Source: Macrostomum lignano (Eukaryota). From it: a stretch of 64,000 nt of DNA. The notes under the pieces were generated by a model. That model was not told where the DNA came from, ran no database searches, and saw nothing but the letters and a program-made list of their open reading frames with translations. How positions within the stretch are numbered: position 1 is the stretch's first letter; each line of letters starts with the position of its first letter. A program made the translations under genes and the position numbers. This document shows positions 1 through 14,380 of this stretch, piece after piece. The stretch spans positions 567,490-631,489 of the forward strand of contig NIVC01000166.1 in the NCBI GenBank assembly GCA_002269645.1, read 5' to 3'.

Positions 1-187
1 GGAAGCCGTCATTTTGAGACGCCCCTGTAGCGGGGGTAGAGGTGGACGCACCTGAGCGAGGTGTGGGGGTTTCCGCGGGATTCGCGGCAGAATCAACCTC
101 CATGTTGGAGGGTTGGGGGATTGACGGACCCCCGGCCGCGGGAATTGACGGCTCCCGAGCCGTGTCAGGTGGTTTTGATTTATCCAT
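1..187 (-). CDS. N-terminus of an ORF running off the window edge, possibly ORF1 of a non-LTR retrotransposon
   Basis: ATG at 187 reads MDKSKPPDTAREPSIPAAG... and is open to position 1. KPPD-like N-termini are common in LINE ORF1 proteins. A GC-rich leader lies upstream (188-~720). Confidence 0.3.
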   Translation of the reverse strand, partial: MDKSKPPDTAREPSIPAAGGPSIPQPSNMEVDSAANPAETPTPRSGASTSTPATGASQNDGF

Positions 188-1273
188 GCAGAGTAGGCTG
201 AAATGGAAAAACTGAAATGTAGAAAAGAGGGGGGGTAACCGCTCGGGGACTGGATATACCCCCAGCCAGCTCCGTGGAGCTACCCTCTGCCACGGTAAAC
301 AGCAGAGAAGCTTTGGGTTGCCGTCTTATCCCAGGATTGCTCCCAGGCGAGGCTCCGGCAGGCCCCCGGTCCACACTCTGCAAGATCAGGGGGCGGGAGG
401 CCGGCTGCGGGCTTGGGACACAGGCGCCAGGTCGAGTTGACAGCCGACGCCCGAGCCCTCCCCCACAAGAGCGGCCCTCGAGAACCCGTGTGGTACCAGT
501 TGCAACTAAGGGCTGTCGATGGGTAGTTGGCGCTTAGCCAGCAGCCAACTACTTAGCAGCCACCTGCCCCGCAAAAAAGCAGCAGGGGGGATCCGTCCCC
601 CACCAGCAGACCAAGACGAGGAAGCTAGCCGCTTCCACGCCAGGCCAGAACGAAAAGGAGGGGGAAGAGCCTCCTCGAAAAACGAAAAGCTGGCGGATGT
701 CACAGAGTCCCTCGGTTTAAGTTGCCGTTTGCCCCCCGTTTGTTTGTTAGTCTAACTATTGAGTTTCTTTTTAACTCGCCAATAGCCCCAACAAGTATTG
801 TGAAGCAAATCCTCCATCCCGATCGGGCTCCAACAGTTGGTGACTGCGAGTCTGCCGAAGAAGTGGGTTGAAGAGGGGCCGTCATTGAAGAAGTATTCGT
901 CATTCTGGCCGAACAGATGGTCGCGGGTTGATATGCGAGTCCTACCGAAAGCGAATAAATAGCGTAAATATGATCCCCTTTCATATTCCAGTAAATCGCC
1001 GGCAGGCCATCATTCAACTTCTGTCGCGATGGGGCTTGGGAGGGGTCTCTTTTCGTCTCACACACAGGACCAAACTCTTTGATTTGCTTGCCTATAGGAT
1101 TTGTAGACTGGCTCTCCCTATTTCTCAATTAGAATGTCTTTCCAATCGAGAGCTATTTTGATCGTTCAATAACGATATAGGAGTCTCCAAGGCGGGTATT
1201 CATATTTGAGCTGGGAGTTGCGAGCTCCCTGCAGTAGCGCTGTGGCAGCGACTATCATTATTATTTTTTTATT

Positions 1274-1620
1274 AGAGGCAGGGGGGTTGTGTGCACCCTG
1301 GCGCACTTTAAGCGACATAGGCACACAACCGGCGAGAGGCATTGCTGTCCATTCCGCCGATTTCCCTGAGCAGGCACACAAGTGCGCGGATACGTACGCA
1401 GGCACACACTCACACAGGAGTGCACAGCGGCCCTAACTTTATTTTATCGTTAGGCATGTACACTTCACTGCGCCTTGGGGGGTTGGCTCTCAAGGCCGTT
1501 AATTGCACGAGCAGAGCCAAGCCGAGATTCCAATTCAGCCCCAAATTAATGTGACTGCACTTGGAATCGAGCCTGGGTCGCTGGCACACCAGAGCAGCTG
1601 CGCTACCGCTGGGCTGCGGC
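1274..1620 (-). mobile_element. tRNA-derived SINE (family 1)
   Basis: Minus strand shows an A-box-like GCCCAGCGGTAGCG and a B-box GGCTCGATTCC (1563-1573). The body (gttgtgtgcaccctggcgcactttaagcgaca...) recurs at 8704-8870 and, inverted, at ~54174-54295. Confidence 0.7.
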
Positions 1621-2019
1621 CCCCCCCCCCTGGCTGGGGATTATAGAGGTAGAAAGTCAAAAAGCCTGTGTGAGCGCGTGTCTGAGGGCGTGCCTGCGTA
1701 CAGTATTGGCGCGCTTGTGTGTGCTAAGAGTTAGCAGAATGTGACTGCTTGTGGGACGATTTCACGTTATAGAGCTGCCACACATTATCATCAGATTGGT
1801 TAAAATCAACCTTTTGTGTAGTCAAGCAAATTCCCAATTGAGAATTAGACTTTCAAGCGCAGCAAAAATAATTGCTCATTCGCACCCCAAAATTTCATTA
1901 AAGCTGCAAGACGGCCAGCCAGGCTCCCCTGGACTCCAACTGTGCAATTTATCCGGGTGGGTTAATTAACCAAAACCCCTTAGTGAGACGGCTTGATCAT
2001 GGACTTCTGGAACCACAAG

Positions 2020-3360
<1,341 letters not shown>

Positions 3361-4076
3361 ACATCATCCTTGGGGCGCTTCTCTACATATCCTATGATAT
3401 TTGGCGAAGATTTTCACTAGCTAACTAGCTTCCAGTCCAAGGGGCGCTTTTAACTCAGTGGTGTCCATGGCTCTGATCCAAAGCGAAAATTCCCTCCGGG
3501 CTTGCAACTATAGAGCAGAGTAGACTCGAGAGACCTGTTGCAACCCTTTTGGCCGGCTAATTATGCCACTGACCCCCAATTAACGCACGTGCCTCTGCCA
3601 CGGGACTACCTTGACCTTCCTCGTACCCCAATGCAGTCTAGCAGTTGCTGGGCAATTATAAATCATGGAACGCAACCCAGGGGCCAGAAAGCAAGATCAA
3701 GCTCACCGCAGCTTTGCATCAGCAGCCTAGCTGCGAGGTCCTTAATGAAAAAAACAGGTGTTAAAATAGAAACAGTTTAATTAAATCGATTTGAGTAGAG
3801 ACAGACTGCAGCACAACAAAGACTCAAAAATTAGGGAGAGCAGCAATTATCTTTCTGAGTCCAGAAGTTTATTACCCCAAGTGGTTTCCAAGCTTTATTC
3901 TTGCCTGACAGCTTTTATTACAGCTGCAGATTTAAACGGTGCGTAATCAAAAAAATTGTGCTGGCCAAGAGCCAAGGAGCTGACACGCAAAGTTTGCTGC
4001 ATGCAATTCATTTTTAAGCAACAAATATGTTCCAGTAACAGAATACCTACAGGCCGGCATGCAGACAGCAAAGATT

Positions 4077-5160
4077 AGATACAGACAGTAGGGATGAGAC
4101 ACAGACAGTAGGGATGAGACACAGACAAGAGAGATGAGACACAGACAGCAGGGATGAGACACAGACAGTAGGGATGAGACACAGACAGCAGGGATGAGAC
4201 ACAGACAGTAGGGATGAGACACAGACAGTAGGGATGAGACACAGACAGCAGGGATGAGACACAGACAGTAGGGATGAGACACAGACAGTAGGGATGAGAC
4301 ACAGACAGTAGGGATGAGACACAGACAGTAGGGATGAGACACAGACAGCAGGGATGAGACACAGACAGTAGGGATGAGACACAGACAGCAGGGATGAGAC
4401 ACAGACAGCAGGGATGAGACACAGACAAGACAGATGAGACACAGACAGCAGGGATGAGACACAGACAGCAGGGATGAGACACAGACAAGACAGATGAGAC
4501 ACAGACAGTAGGGATGAGACACAGACAGTAGGGATGAGACACAGACAGTAGGGATGAGACACAGACAGTAGGGATGAGACACAGACAAGAAAGATGAGAC
4601 ACAGACAGCAGGGATGAGACACAGACAAGACAGATGAGACACAGACAGCAGAGATGAGACACAGACGGTAGGGATGAGACACAGACAGCAGGGATGAGAC
4701 ACAGACAGCAGGGATGAGACACAGACAGCAGGGATGAAACACAGACAGCAGAGATGAGACACAGACGGTAGGGATGAGACACAGACAGCAGGGATGAGAC
4801 ACAGACAGCAGGGATGAGACACAGACAGCAGGGATGAAACACAGACAGCAGGGATGAGACACAGACAGCAGGGATGAGACACAGACAGCAGGGATGAAAC
4901 ACAGACAGCAGAGATGAGACACAGACAGCAGGGATGAGACACAGACAGCAGGGATGAGACACAGACAGCAGGGATGAGACACAGACAAGAGAGATGAGAC
5001 ACAGACAGCAGGGATGAGACACAGACAGTAGGGATGAGACACAGACAGCAGGGATGAAACACAGACAGCAGAGATGAGACACAGACAGCAGAGATGAGAC
5101 ACAGACAGTAGGGATGAGACACAGACAGCAGGGATGAGACACAGACAGCAGGGATGAGAC
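4077..5160. repeat. 20-bp minisatellite GGGATGAGACACAGACAG(C/T)A, ~54 copies
   Basis: Period 20 is visible in register with the sequence lines. Confidence 0.97.
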
Positions 5161-5764
5161 TACTACAAACAAAATACTAAACAAAATACTGTTAGCCTAC
5201 TTTAAGCAGACAGATAAGAAATGTAGAAAACTCAAGTATAAAACAGTACATTAATTTTTCACGAGCGTACTTTATCAGGAAGTGTTTCGAACGACAAGCA
5301 GCTCTGCAACACACGCACACATATGCGCATGTACTTTTATATTTATTTTATTAATTGTTAAATATTCTTAGCAGACAAGCGGGGTTCCGCTTGATCACAA
5401 ATTTGTGACTCAGCTGTTAGCAGATAAGCAACCTATTGTGTCATGAAGCCAATTACAGCAAAATAAAACCGTTAGCTTTGGAAGATAATTTCAAAAGATT
5501 TAAAGTTTAATATTGTAGTTAATGAGCTTTTAAACTTCAGATTACATGTGCCATAAATAGTGTCTGCATAAAATAATCAGACATACTAATAGGAATGTTA
5601 GAGGAATGTGTTAAGCAAACTCCACGATGCCAGCCAAAACGATTATTTAAATAATAATAACTTTATTTCTTTTTATTAAAACAAAACCTGCTTGCGCTAA
5701 AATAAAAATCGAACTCAGTACCTTGCAGTACAACTGAATCTGGGCTACTGAGAGTGATTTTCGA

Positions 5765-6240
5765 ATCTCACAATGACCTTGAAATCTCGCAGTGACCCAG
5801 GAATCTTCCAATGACCTTGAAATCTTACAGAGACCAAAGAATCTTCCAATGACCTTGAAATCTTACAGAGATCAAAGAATCTTCCAATGACCTTGAAATC
5901 TTACAGAGACCAAAGAATCTTCCAATGACCTTGAAATCTTACAGAGACCAAAGAATCTTCTAATGACCTTGAAATCTTACAGAGATCAAAGAATCTTCCA
6001 ATCACCTTGAAATCTTACAGAGATCAAAGAATCTTCCAATGACCTTGAAATCTTACAGAGATCAAAGAATCTTCCAATGACCTTGAAATCTTACAGAGAC
6101 CAAAGAATCTTCCAATGACCTTGAAATCTTACAGAGACCAAAGAATCTTCCAATGACCTTGAAATCTCGCAGTGACCTAGAAATTTTCCAATGACCTTGA
6201 AATCTCGCAGTGACCCAGAAATATTACAAGGACCTCGAAA
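5765..6240. repeat. 38-bp minisatellite GAATCTTCCAATGACCTTGAAATCTTACAGAGACCAAA, ~12 copies
   Basis: Unit starts at 5801 and 5839. Confidence 0.95.
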
Positions 6241-6754
6241 TCTCAGTTAGCTTTTTACCAAAACAGTGAATAAAAAAAGTAAAAGTGAGTCGCCATACCT
6301 TAAATAAAGTTCAGTGTGACCTTAAATTAAAAACAAAACATGCACTGTCAAAGTTAACCAAAAATGTCGGAAACAAAGTCAGCATAAAATTGTTACACAG
6401 CCAAGAATTGGAAGAAGTAAGAACTGTAGAACGATAAAGTAAGGCACATAGACAAAATATAACCGTATAAATTAGCTTTTCAGTCAGGATAAAAACTATT
6501 CAAAACGAGATTAACACTGGCTGGCTGCTGCTGCTTTTAAAAGTATTAAAAGAATAATTATTTTTTGTACCTTTAATATTAGAATTAACACCTCTACCAG
6601 GACGTCTTTGACCAAAGTTAGGTGCACATCTGCTAGTATACATGTACAGTATACCTTAATACATTTTCGATATTACCTTGGATTAATCAGAAAATTGAAA
6701 GGGATGATTTTTGGAATTCGAAAATCGATGGGATTTCTAGGATTATTATGATCC

Positions 6755-7370
6755 GAGAACTAATGGGATTATTGGGATTTGGAATCTGATGGAATTATTG
6801 GGATTTGGAATCTGATGGGATTTTTGGGATTTGGAATCTGATGGGATTTTTGGGATTTGGAATCTGATGGGATTTTTGGGATTTGGAATCTGATGGGATT
6901 TTTGGGATTTGGAATCTGATGGGATTTTTGGGATTTGGGATCTAATGGGATTTTTGGGATTTGGAATCTGATGGGATTTTTGGGATTTGGAATCTGATGG
7001 AATTATTGGGATTTGGAATCGGGTGGGATTATTGGGATTTGGGATCTAATGGGATTCTTGGAATTTGGAATCTGATGGGATTATTGGGATTTGGAATCTG
7101 ATAGGATCTTTGGGATTTAGGTTCTGATGGGATTATTGGGATTTGGGATCTAATGGGATTCTTGGGATTTGGAATCTGATGGGATTATTGGGATTTGGAA
7201 TCTGATGGGATTCTTGGGATTTGGAATCTGATAGGATCTTTGGGATTTAAGATCTGATGGGATTATTGGGATTTGGGATCTGATGGGATTCTTGGGATTC
7301 GGGATCTGATGGGATTCTTGGGAGTTGCGATATGAAAATTATTGGGATTTTTGGGATTTGGGATCTGAAA
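6755..7370. repeat. 26-bp minisatellite GGATTTGGAATCTGATGGGATTTTTG
   Basis: Unit starts at 6801 and 6827; degenerate toward the ends. Confidence 0.93.
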
Positions 7371-7479
7371 ACTGTAGGGATTAATATTTAAGGAGTTCGT
7401 TAATCGATTAAACTCCGTGCACAGCCCCCCCCCAAAAAAGTATTTTATCAAAATTTGTTCAATTTAGTTTCCTAGAGCT

Positions 7480-7650
7480 TCAATATCGTCCGCCGCTGCC
7501 GCCGCCGCTGCCGCTGGCCATCGCCGAGAAAGTGGACGTGGCGGCGCCGGCTGCCGCGCTGCGCACCGTTTCGTTGGCGGCGACGCCCTGGCTGAGCTCC
7601 TGACGGGCTTTGGCGAAGCTGGCGCCGGAGCTGCGGTAGATTCGGTGCAC
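7480..7650 (-). CDS. SCAMP: SCAMP (secretory carrier membrane protein), last coding exon
   Basis: Acceptor ccccaaag|GTG. Reads VHRIYRSSGASFAKARQELSQGVAAN...GGRY*, matching the SCAMP C-terminal 'YRxxGASFxKAxxE' motif. Phase 0 fits the upstream exon. Confidence 0.92.
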   Translation of the reverse strand: MHRIYRSSGASFAKARQELSQGVAANETVRSAAAGAATSTFSAMASGSGGGSGGRY

Positions 7651-7888
7651 CTTTGGGGAGTTTTTTTTGGAGGGAGGAGGTTTAGAAGGCGCATGGCGAA
7701 GAGACTGCGTTATGCTACTGACATTGAGTAGGAGAAACCGCAAACGGAGGTTATATTTGTTATAATATCGCCCCAGAGTCGTTGCAGGTAACACAGTAAA
7801 GTCGCACAGAAATTCGTCAAAGAGTCGCCTAAGAATCACTTTAAAGCGTTTTATTGTCTGCCACTCTAAAACGACTCTGGGGCCGAAG

Positions 7889-8120
7889 GGCCGATCCCGG
7901 CCGGCTGGCGAGGGGTCTGGCCAAGGTAAGTCGCAAAAATGCCCACCCGAAAATGACAGACGTATTACTACTTAGATGACGAGGCATTTAGCCTTAATAG
8001 GACAGTTATAGTTACTTCTGCCGTTTACCCGAAATTGCGATAATTTTTCTTTCGGGTTTCCTTCACAGGTAAGTCGCACGGCCAGTGTAAACCAGGGGGG
8101 GGGGAGGTTGCGCATGTATG
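7889..8120. mobile_element. Partial copy of the CATACATG-TIR MITE found at 34954-35249
   Basis: Shares aagtcgcaaaaatgcccacc...gacgaggcattt...ctgccgtttaccc and the right TIR gttgcgcatgtatg; left TIR not found. Confidence 0.7.
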
Positions 8121-8155
8121 TTGACCGCATTAAGAATCTAGCGCAGTGAACTCAC

Positions 8156-8375
8156 CCTAATGATAAGCAGAACATCAGCAATCACCAGCAAGGTGAACAG
8201 GGCGGCAATCACCATCATGAACACCCCAGCGCCAAGTTTAACTTTCAGAGTAGCGGCGCCGTTAATCCAGCCGCAGGAGCCCAGGTAGTTAATGCCGAGG
8301 CACTGCACAATCAGGACGCAGATTTGCACGGCGAACAGCAGGAAGAAGAAGAAGAAATTGAAGCTGCTGTCGTTT
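8156..8375 (-). CDS. SCAMP: SCAMP exon (TM3-TM4)
   Basis: gccag|A AAC GAC gives (K)NDSSFNFFFFFLLF...GSCGWI...LLIIR|gtgag. The junction rebuilds KAFKNDSSFNF, the SCAMP E-peptide region. Confidence 0.93.
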
Positions 8376-8454
8376 CTGGCGGAAGAAAAAACATTGGCGC
8401 GTAATGCAAAATTGACATGATGTTCGATTTGAAATCTGCTGACATGCAGTTTAG

Positions 8455-8680
8455 GAGTGGTCACTGATACTCAAATATCCAGTGACTGTGACTGCTGACT
8501 GGTCACTGATGCAGTGACTGAAACTGGTCACTGATCCTTAACTATCCAGTGACCGTGACTGGTCACTGATGCAGTGACTGAAACTGGTCACTGATCTTTA
8601 ACTATCCAGCGACGGTGACTGGTCACTGATGCAGTGACTGAAACTGGTCACTGATGCTGAAATATACAGTGACTGGGAAT
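8455..8680. repeat. Degenerate GGTCACTG...CAGTGAC tandem repeat in a SCAMP intron
   Basis: Repeated actggtcactgat(gc/cc)...cagtgac units, related to the 44-bp array at 10345. Confidence 0.8.
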
Positions 8681-8703
8681 GGTTACTAAACCAGTTTTTT
8701 ATC

Positions 8704-8870
8704 AGAGACAGGGGGTTGTGTGCACCCTGGCGCACTTTAAGCGACATTGTCACACAACCGGCGAGAGGCATTACTGCCGATTCCGCTGACTCCCCTGAGC
8801 AGGCACACACTCACACAGGAGTGCACAGCGGCCGTAACTGTATTCATCGTTAGGCATGTACACCTCAATG
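8704..8870 (-). mobile_element. SINE family 1 body fragment
   Basis: High identity to 1274-1465. Confidence 0.7.
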
Positions 8871-8991
8871 TGACTTGGGTGTTGGCCCCATACGAGGGCG
8901 CCGCGCTAGACCCAAAGACTCTAAATAATGCGACTCAATACTCAATAACAATGAAATGAATAGAAGTGGCTATAACAGCGGGGAAACTCAC

Positions 8992-9295
8992 TTAAACGCC
9001 TTGTACAAAGGCCGGAACCAGCACAGATAGGAGCAGGGCACCAGAATGATGCACACCAGCAGAGACACGCCAAACACTGTGCCAGACGTGATGGCTTCCG
9101 TCTTAGGGGAGACAATAAAATAGGTGAGAGTGCCGATGATGTTGACAAGCAGCAGAACGCTGTGAACCAGCCACAGGTAGTAGCCGAGCTTCACCACCAG
9201 CCGGTACTCGGCGGGAATCTCCTGATCGAAATCCTGGTAGAAGCAGGGGCCGACAGGACAGCAGGCGGGCAGTGGCGGCCAGTTGTTAGGGCGCT
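8992..9295 (-). CDS. SCAMP: SCAMP exon (NNWPPLP to TM1-TM2 and E peptide)
   Basis: RPNNWPPLPACCPVGPCFYQDFDQEIP...CWFRPLYKAF. Acceptor gacag| at 9296, donor gtgagt at 8991. Confidence 0.95.
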
Positions 9296-9419
9296 CTGTC
9301 CAAGAGGGTAGTTAGTAGTCAGTTCAGTACAGAAATAAAAGTGTAATGTAGACATTGTAACCCTTTTCATGGCAATTAAAGTCTGCGTTGATAAATTTAA
9401 TGACAAGGCGCCAGAAATT

Positions 9420-9825
9420 AAAGTTTAGCAGTAAAATCTCCAAGGTGAGTAATATCAAAAGTTTAGCAATAATTCCCCTAAGTAATAATTACAATCAAGG
9501 TGAGCAATAAAACTCCAAGGTGAGTAATATCAAAATTTTAGCAATAATTCCCCTAAGTAATAATTACAATCAAGGTGAGCAATAAAACTTGAAGGTGAGT
9601 AATATAAAAGGTTAGCAATAAAATCTCTTAAGTGGGAACTGAAATCAAGTCGAGCAATAAAATATCCAAGGTGAGTAATAAAGCTCCAAGGTGAGTAATA
9701 AAATCTTAACGGTGATTAATGAAATCTTTTAAGGTGAGTAATAAAATATCCGAGGTGAGTAATAAAATCTCCAAGGTGAGTAATAAAATCTCCCAAAGGT
9801 GAGTAATAAAGTCACCAATTAGGTG
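9420..9825. repeat. Degenerate ~20-bp repeat built on (C)AAGGTGAGTAATAAA
   Basis: About 10 copies of AGGTGAG(T/C)AAT within a SCAMP intron. Confidence 0.8.
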
Positions 9826-9918
9826 ATAAACATTATGCCAAAAAAATTGAAAACCAAAAACCAGACCTGCAGATATTAATATGTACTTCTAAGCCAGCAA
9901 CCAATCATAGACACTCAC

Positions 9919-10189
9919 GCGAACCGACAGCGCCAGCGGAGCTCTCCGCCTCTCTTTGCCTTTGTTCGGCTTCTCTACGTTCGAGTTCTCGAGATTTGGC
10001 CTCCAATTCGCGCTGACGGCGCTCCAATTCGTCACTGGAGATTCTCTGCTGAGCGCTGGCCGTGTAGGCTGGGGGTGGAGCCGCCTGCTGCGGCTGGGTC
10101 TTATCGAATGGGTTGTAGTCGCCTGTGGTGCCACCGCCACCGCCGCCGCCAGCCCCACTGCTTGTGCGGGCCTGCTGCACTGATGGGTC
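9919..10189 (-). CDS. SCAMP: SCAMP exon (NPF motif and coiled coil)
   Basis: ccatag|DPSVQQART...DYNPFDK...ELERRQRELEAKSRELERRE...GS, donor gtgagt. Starts in phase 0, so an upstream first coding exon must exist. Confidence 0.9.
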
Positions 10190-10344
10190 CTATGGAATGC
10201 AAAGTACAAATTGCATAAATGATAATTGTCAGCCAATAATATTGAGCAACTTACTGGTACCATTATATTATTAATTAACTTAAAAAAAAATTTTCTGACT
10301 CTTTTGCACGATGTGATAAGTAGGCAATAGGTTTTTTGTAAAAT

Positions 10345-11270
10345 TAGACTGATCACTGATCCTAAATATTCTGTAGTGACCTGTGATTGGGACTGGTCAC
10401 TGATCCCAAATATTATGCAGTGACCTGTGATTGGGACTGGTCACTGATCCTAAATATTCTGTAGTGACCTGTGATTGGGACTGGTCACTGATCCTAAATA
10501 TTCTGTAGTGACCTGTGATTGGGACTGGTCACTGATCCCAAATATTATGCAGTGACCTGTGATTGGGACTGGTCACTGATCCTAAATATTCTGTAGTGAC
10601 CTGTGATTGGGACTGGTCACTGATCCCAAATATTATGCAGTGACCTGTGATTGGGACTGGTCACTGATCCCAAATATTATGCAGTGACCTGTGATTGGGA
10701 CTGGTCACTGATCCCAAATATTATGCAGTGACCTGTGATTGGGACTGGTCACTGATCCCAAATATTATGCAGTGACCTGTGATTGGGACTGGTCACTGAT
10801 CTCAAATATTATGCAGTGACCTGTGATTGGGACTGGTCACTGATCCCAAATATTATGCAGTGACCTGTGATTGGGACTGGTCACTGATCCCAAATATTAT
10901 GCAGTGACCTGTGATTGGGACTGGTCACTGATCTCAAATATTATGCAGTGACCTGTGATTGGGACTGGTCACTGATCCCAAATATTATGCAGTGACCTGT
11001 GATTGGGACTGGTCACTGATCCCAAATATTATGCAGTGACCTGTGATTGGGACTGGTCACTGATCCCAAATATTATGCAGTGACCTGTGATTGGGACTGG
11101 TCACTGATCCCAAATATTATGCAGTGACCTGTGATTGGGACTGGTCACTGATCCCAAATATTATGCAGTGACCTGTGATTGGGACTGGTCACTGATCTCA
11201 AATATTGTGCAGTGACCTATGATTGAAACTGGTCACTGATGCCAAATATTCTGCAGTGACCTGTGATTGA
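10345..11270. repeat. 44-bp minisatellite GGGACTGGTCACTGATCCCAAATATTATGCAGTGACCTGTGATT, ~21 copies
   Basis: Unit starts at 10389 and 10433. Internal inverted arms GGTCACTG/CAGTGACC. Confidence 0.96.
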
Positions 11271-12049
11271 GACAATGGAAGATTTAAAATGCAAAGTAAT
11301 TAATTAAGTAAGTAACTTTGCCTATTAGGTATTGATTGCCATAGTCAGGAAAGTAGCATAATATGTCAAAACAACTTTTGGGAGATAATCTAGGAGAAAA
11401 AAGAATTGACTACTATAATTTGCCTAAAGTACAATTTGTCTAAGTGAATTGCCCATTGAACTTTTCTTGCTAAGATTTGCTTTAAGTGAATTTTGTATAT
11501 AAGCAAGTTGCCTATGACAAGTAAATTTCCTACCAAGTTTTTCCTGCCAAGGTTTGCCCTATAATGCTTTTTTATTTACATTTAGCCACATGATTTTGTT
11601 TGCATTCTCTCTCAATTCTTAATAATGCATGATAAAGAGATTTATAGGACAAAATGACTTAGCATATACATTAATTGATAGCTTATCAATGTGTTTTGGC
11701 AATCTTCTTGTTTCATATTTTAAATTATTTTTTCCATTTATTTGCCATTGGAGCTACTTGCAGCATGGTAGGATGCCCTTTAGCTCCATACAGTCATGAC
11801 TCTTATTGCTAAACTATGAGCTACCATTGAACTATGCAACTTAGACCTAAATCATTGTGAGCTAGTTGCATTAGTACCAAATGTAAATACTACTATATGC
11901 TGATTAGCAAAGTACTATCTGCTACAAAATATCCTAGATTGTAGTGCCTGCAATGTCCCAATGTCTCTATAGCACTGTGCTAGGTAAGATTACTGTATTG
12001 ATTATGTAAGATTACATAAAAATGAAAACTCTGTCTATGTACAAATGGA

Positions 12050-12480
12050 TACTTGCTATTAGGGAGATGCTTGCTATCTGATGGATGCTTGCTATCAGAA
12101 GGATGCTTGCTACTGGGGTAGCTTGCTATGGGAGATGCTTGCTCTTGGGGGGTGGAGGGTACTTGCTATCTTGAGAGGGGGTTGCTAGATATCTATAAGG
12201 TCACTTTGCATCCAGGTTATGCTTGCTATCTGGGGGATGCTTGCCATCTGGGGGCTGCTTGCTATCTGGGGGATGCTTGCTATCTGGGGGATGCTTGCCA
12301 TCTGGGGGCTGCTTGCTATCTGGGGGATGCTTGCTATCTGGGGGATGCTTGCCATCTGGGGGCTGCTTGCTATCTGGGGGCTGCTTGCTATCTGGGGGAT
12401 GCTTGCAATCTGGGGGATGCTTGCGATCTGGGGGATGCTTGCTATTTGGGGATCAATGCTTGAATGCTGTCTGGGGATGC
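12050..12480. repeat. 18-bp minisatellite GGGGGATGCTTGCTATCT
   Basis: Visible array; source of the GDACYL/MLAIWG ORFs. Confidence 0.9.
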
Positions 12481-13539
12481 TTGCTGTCTTGGGATGTTTT
12501 GTTTTTAGAGGGAATGTCTGTTGTTTTTTATGAAGGCTTTTTTGTGCTGTCTATTTGTTACTTGTAAAGAACAAAGATTCTATCCAGATGTCCCCCATTG
12601 GGGGACAAAGATTGCTAGTACATCTACTCATTTTACAAATCTTTTTAAAATTTGGATACAAACAATTTTCAACTATTACACAATTGTGTAAAATTTTGAG
12701 TCTAAAAGATAATCCTGACTGGTGCTATGCAGTTTTGAAGTTAGTCTGCTTTTTGTCAACGAGAGAGTGACCCCAACCTCTATCTGCCTTTCTATTATTT
12801 ATCTGGCCTAGATCTGCAAAGGGTTTTAAAATCAAATAACTTTTGGTAGCCAAATGTAAAGCAATTGACTTCTAACTTGACACAAATATTCATTGACTTA
12901 CTCTCTATCTAAATATAAAGTCTCAACTCTTTAACTCAAACAGGATAGAAACTATAAGCATATGAAGTTTCTTTGCTTTTTCTGTCATTTGTTCCACTCA
13001 CTCACTTACTGTTCCAAAGCCAGATCAAGGGTCAGACAATAGGCTAAATATACATGGCAATGTAGTGTTTTGGAATAACTTTTTATAGCCTTCTCTGCAT
13101 CCCCACAGAGGCTACATTTTAGCCATGATAGTTTAGTGAGAAATTCTAACCACTTGCCCTCTGTATAGGCAAACTTTGCAGCAGTTTAACAGTGGATAGA
13201 AAATCAAGGCAATGCAGCATGGTTTCCATATACTAAAAAAGAAAATTATAAAACTAAAAGCAAAGTTTATGAAACATGATTATAATACAATCTTACTAAA
13301 TTAGTTAGACCATGGAAATTTCAGAAATTTCAGTTTCACTTAAGGGAATTCCTCTAAAGAAATATATGAGCCTATTTCTTTGGTTAGACTACTGCAGACT
13401 GCAGTGGAGCTAGAGACACATAAATTCTTCAGGGCTAAAAAATTGGCCAAAAGATGACGTGATCAAATCAGTCAGCAAATAATTGACAGAATGAAACAAT
13501 CATGAGAGTACTATGTCCCATAAACTGGCTTTTGAAGTA

Positions 13540-14380
13540 GCGGTCAGTAGAATTTTATATCAAAGGCCATATAAAGAATCCAGCACATGGCTAAGAGAAA
13601 ATGAAGATAGAAAGAAAGAGGGATAGAAAATTAAAAAAGAAAGGAAAAATGAGAGAGAGGGTAAGAGAAATGACACAAGATAAGAAGAGAGACAAAGGGA
13701 TGAGGAAGGAGAAGGCAAAGAAGAAGGAAGAGAAATAAGAAGAGAGGGAGAGAAGAGAAATGGAGAGAGGAGGGAGAAAGAAAATAAGAGCAAGAGAAAT
13801 GAGAAGAAAGATTAGAGGTAAGAAGAGAGAGAGAAAGAGAGAAAGAGAGAGAGAGAGAGAGAAAAAGAGAAGATAGAAATGAGAGAGATAGAGTAGAAAT
13901 TAGAGATGAAGAGGAAAGAAAAGAGAAGAGAAGAGAAAAAGGAGAAAGGAGATGACTCAGAAGAGGAGAAAGAGAAAAGTACAGAGGAGAGAGGTAAGAG
14001 ATCAGATGAGAATAAAGATGACAGAAGAGAGAGGGAAGATAAGAGAGCAGAGATAAGAGTAAACAAATGAAAGATGAGAGGAGAGAGGAGAAAAAAGATG
14101 AGAAAGCAGACAAGAAAGATAGGAGATTAGAGAGAATAAAGGGGAGAGAGAAGAGATAAAAGAGTAAATATTACTGAGACAAGAGGAAATAAGTGAGAGC
14201 AGAGATGAGAGAAAAGAAAGGAGAGAATAGAGGAAAAGAGAGAGAAAGGAGAGAAAACAAAATAATATATAAGATGTCAAGATGAGAAAAGAAAGGAATG
14301 AAAAAAGAAGAGTGGAGTGAAGTTTCAAAGAACCTGAGGGATAGAGAGAGGCAAAGGCCAGAGTTTGCTAACACTTGCTT
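13540..14380. mobile_element. Decayed hAT-type MITE with expanded GA-rich core
   Basis: Flanks ttttatatcaaaggcca and aggccagagtttgctaacacttg resemble the ends of the intact copy at 55282-55591. Core is ~770 bp purine-rich. Confidence 0.55.

Noticed and set aside
10345-11270. CRISPR-like appearance (palindromic repeats of regular length)
   Set aside because: The intervening sequence is repeated, not unique spacers; no cas genes; eukaryotic intron.
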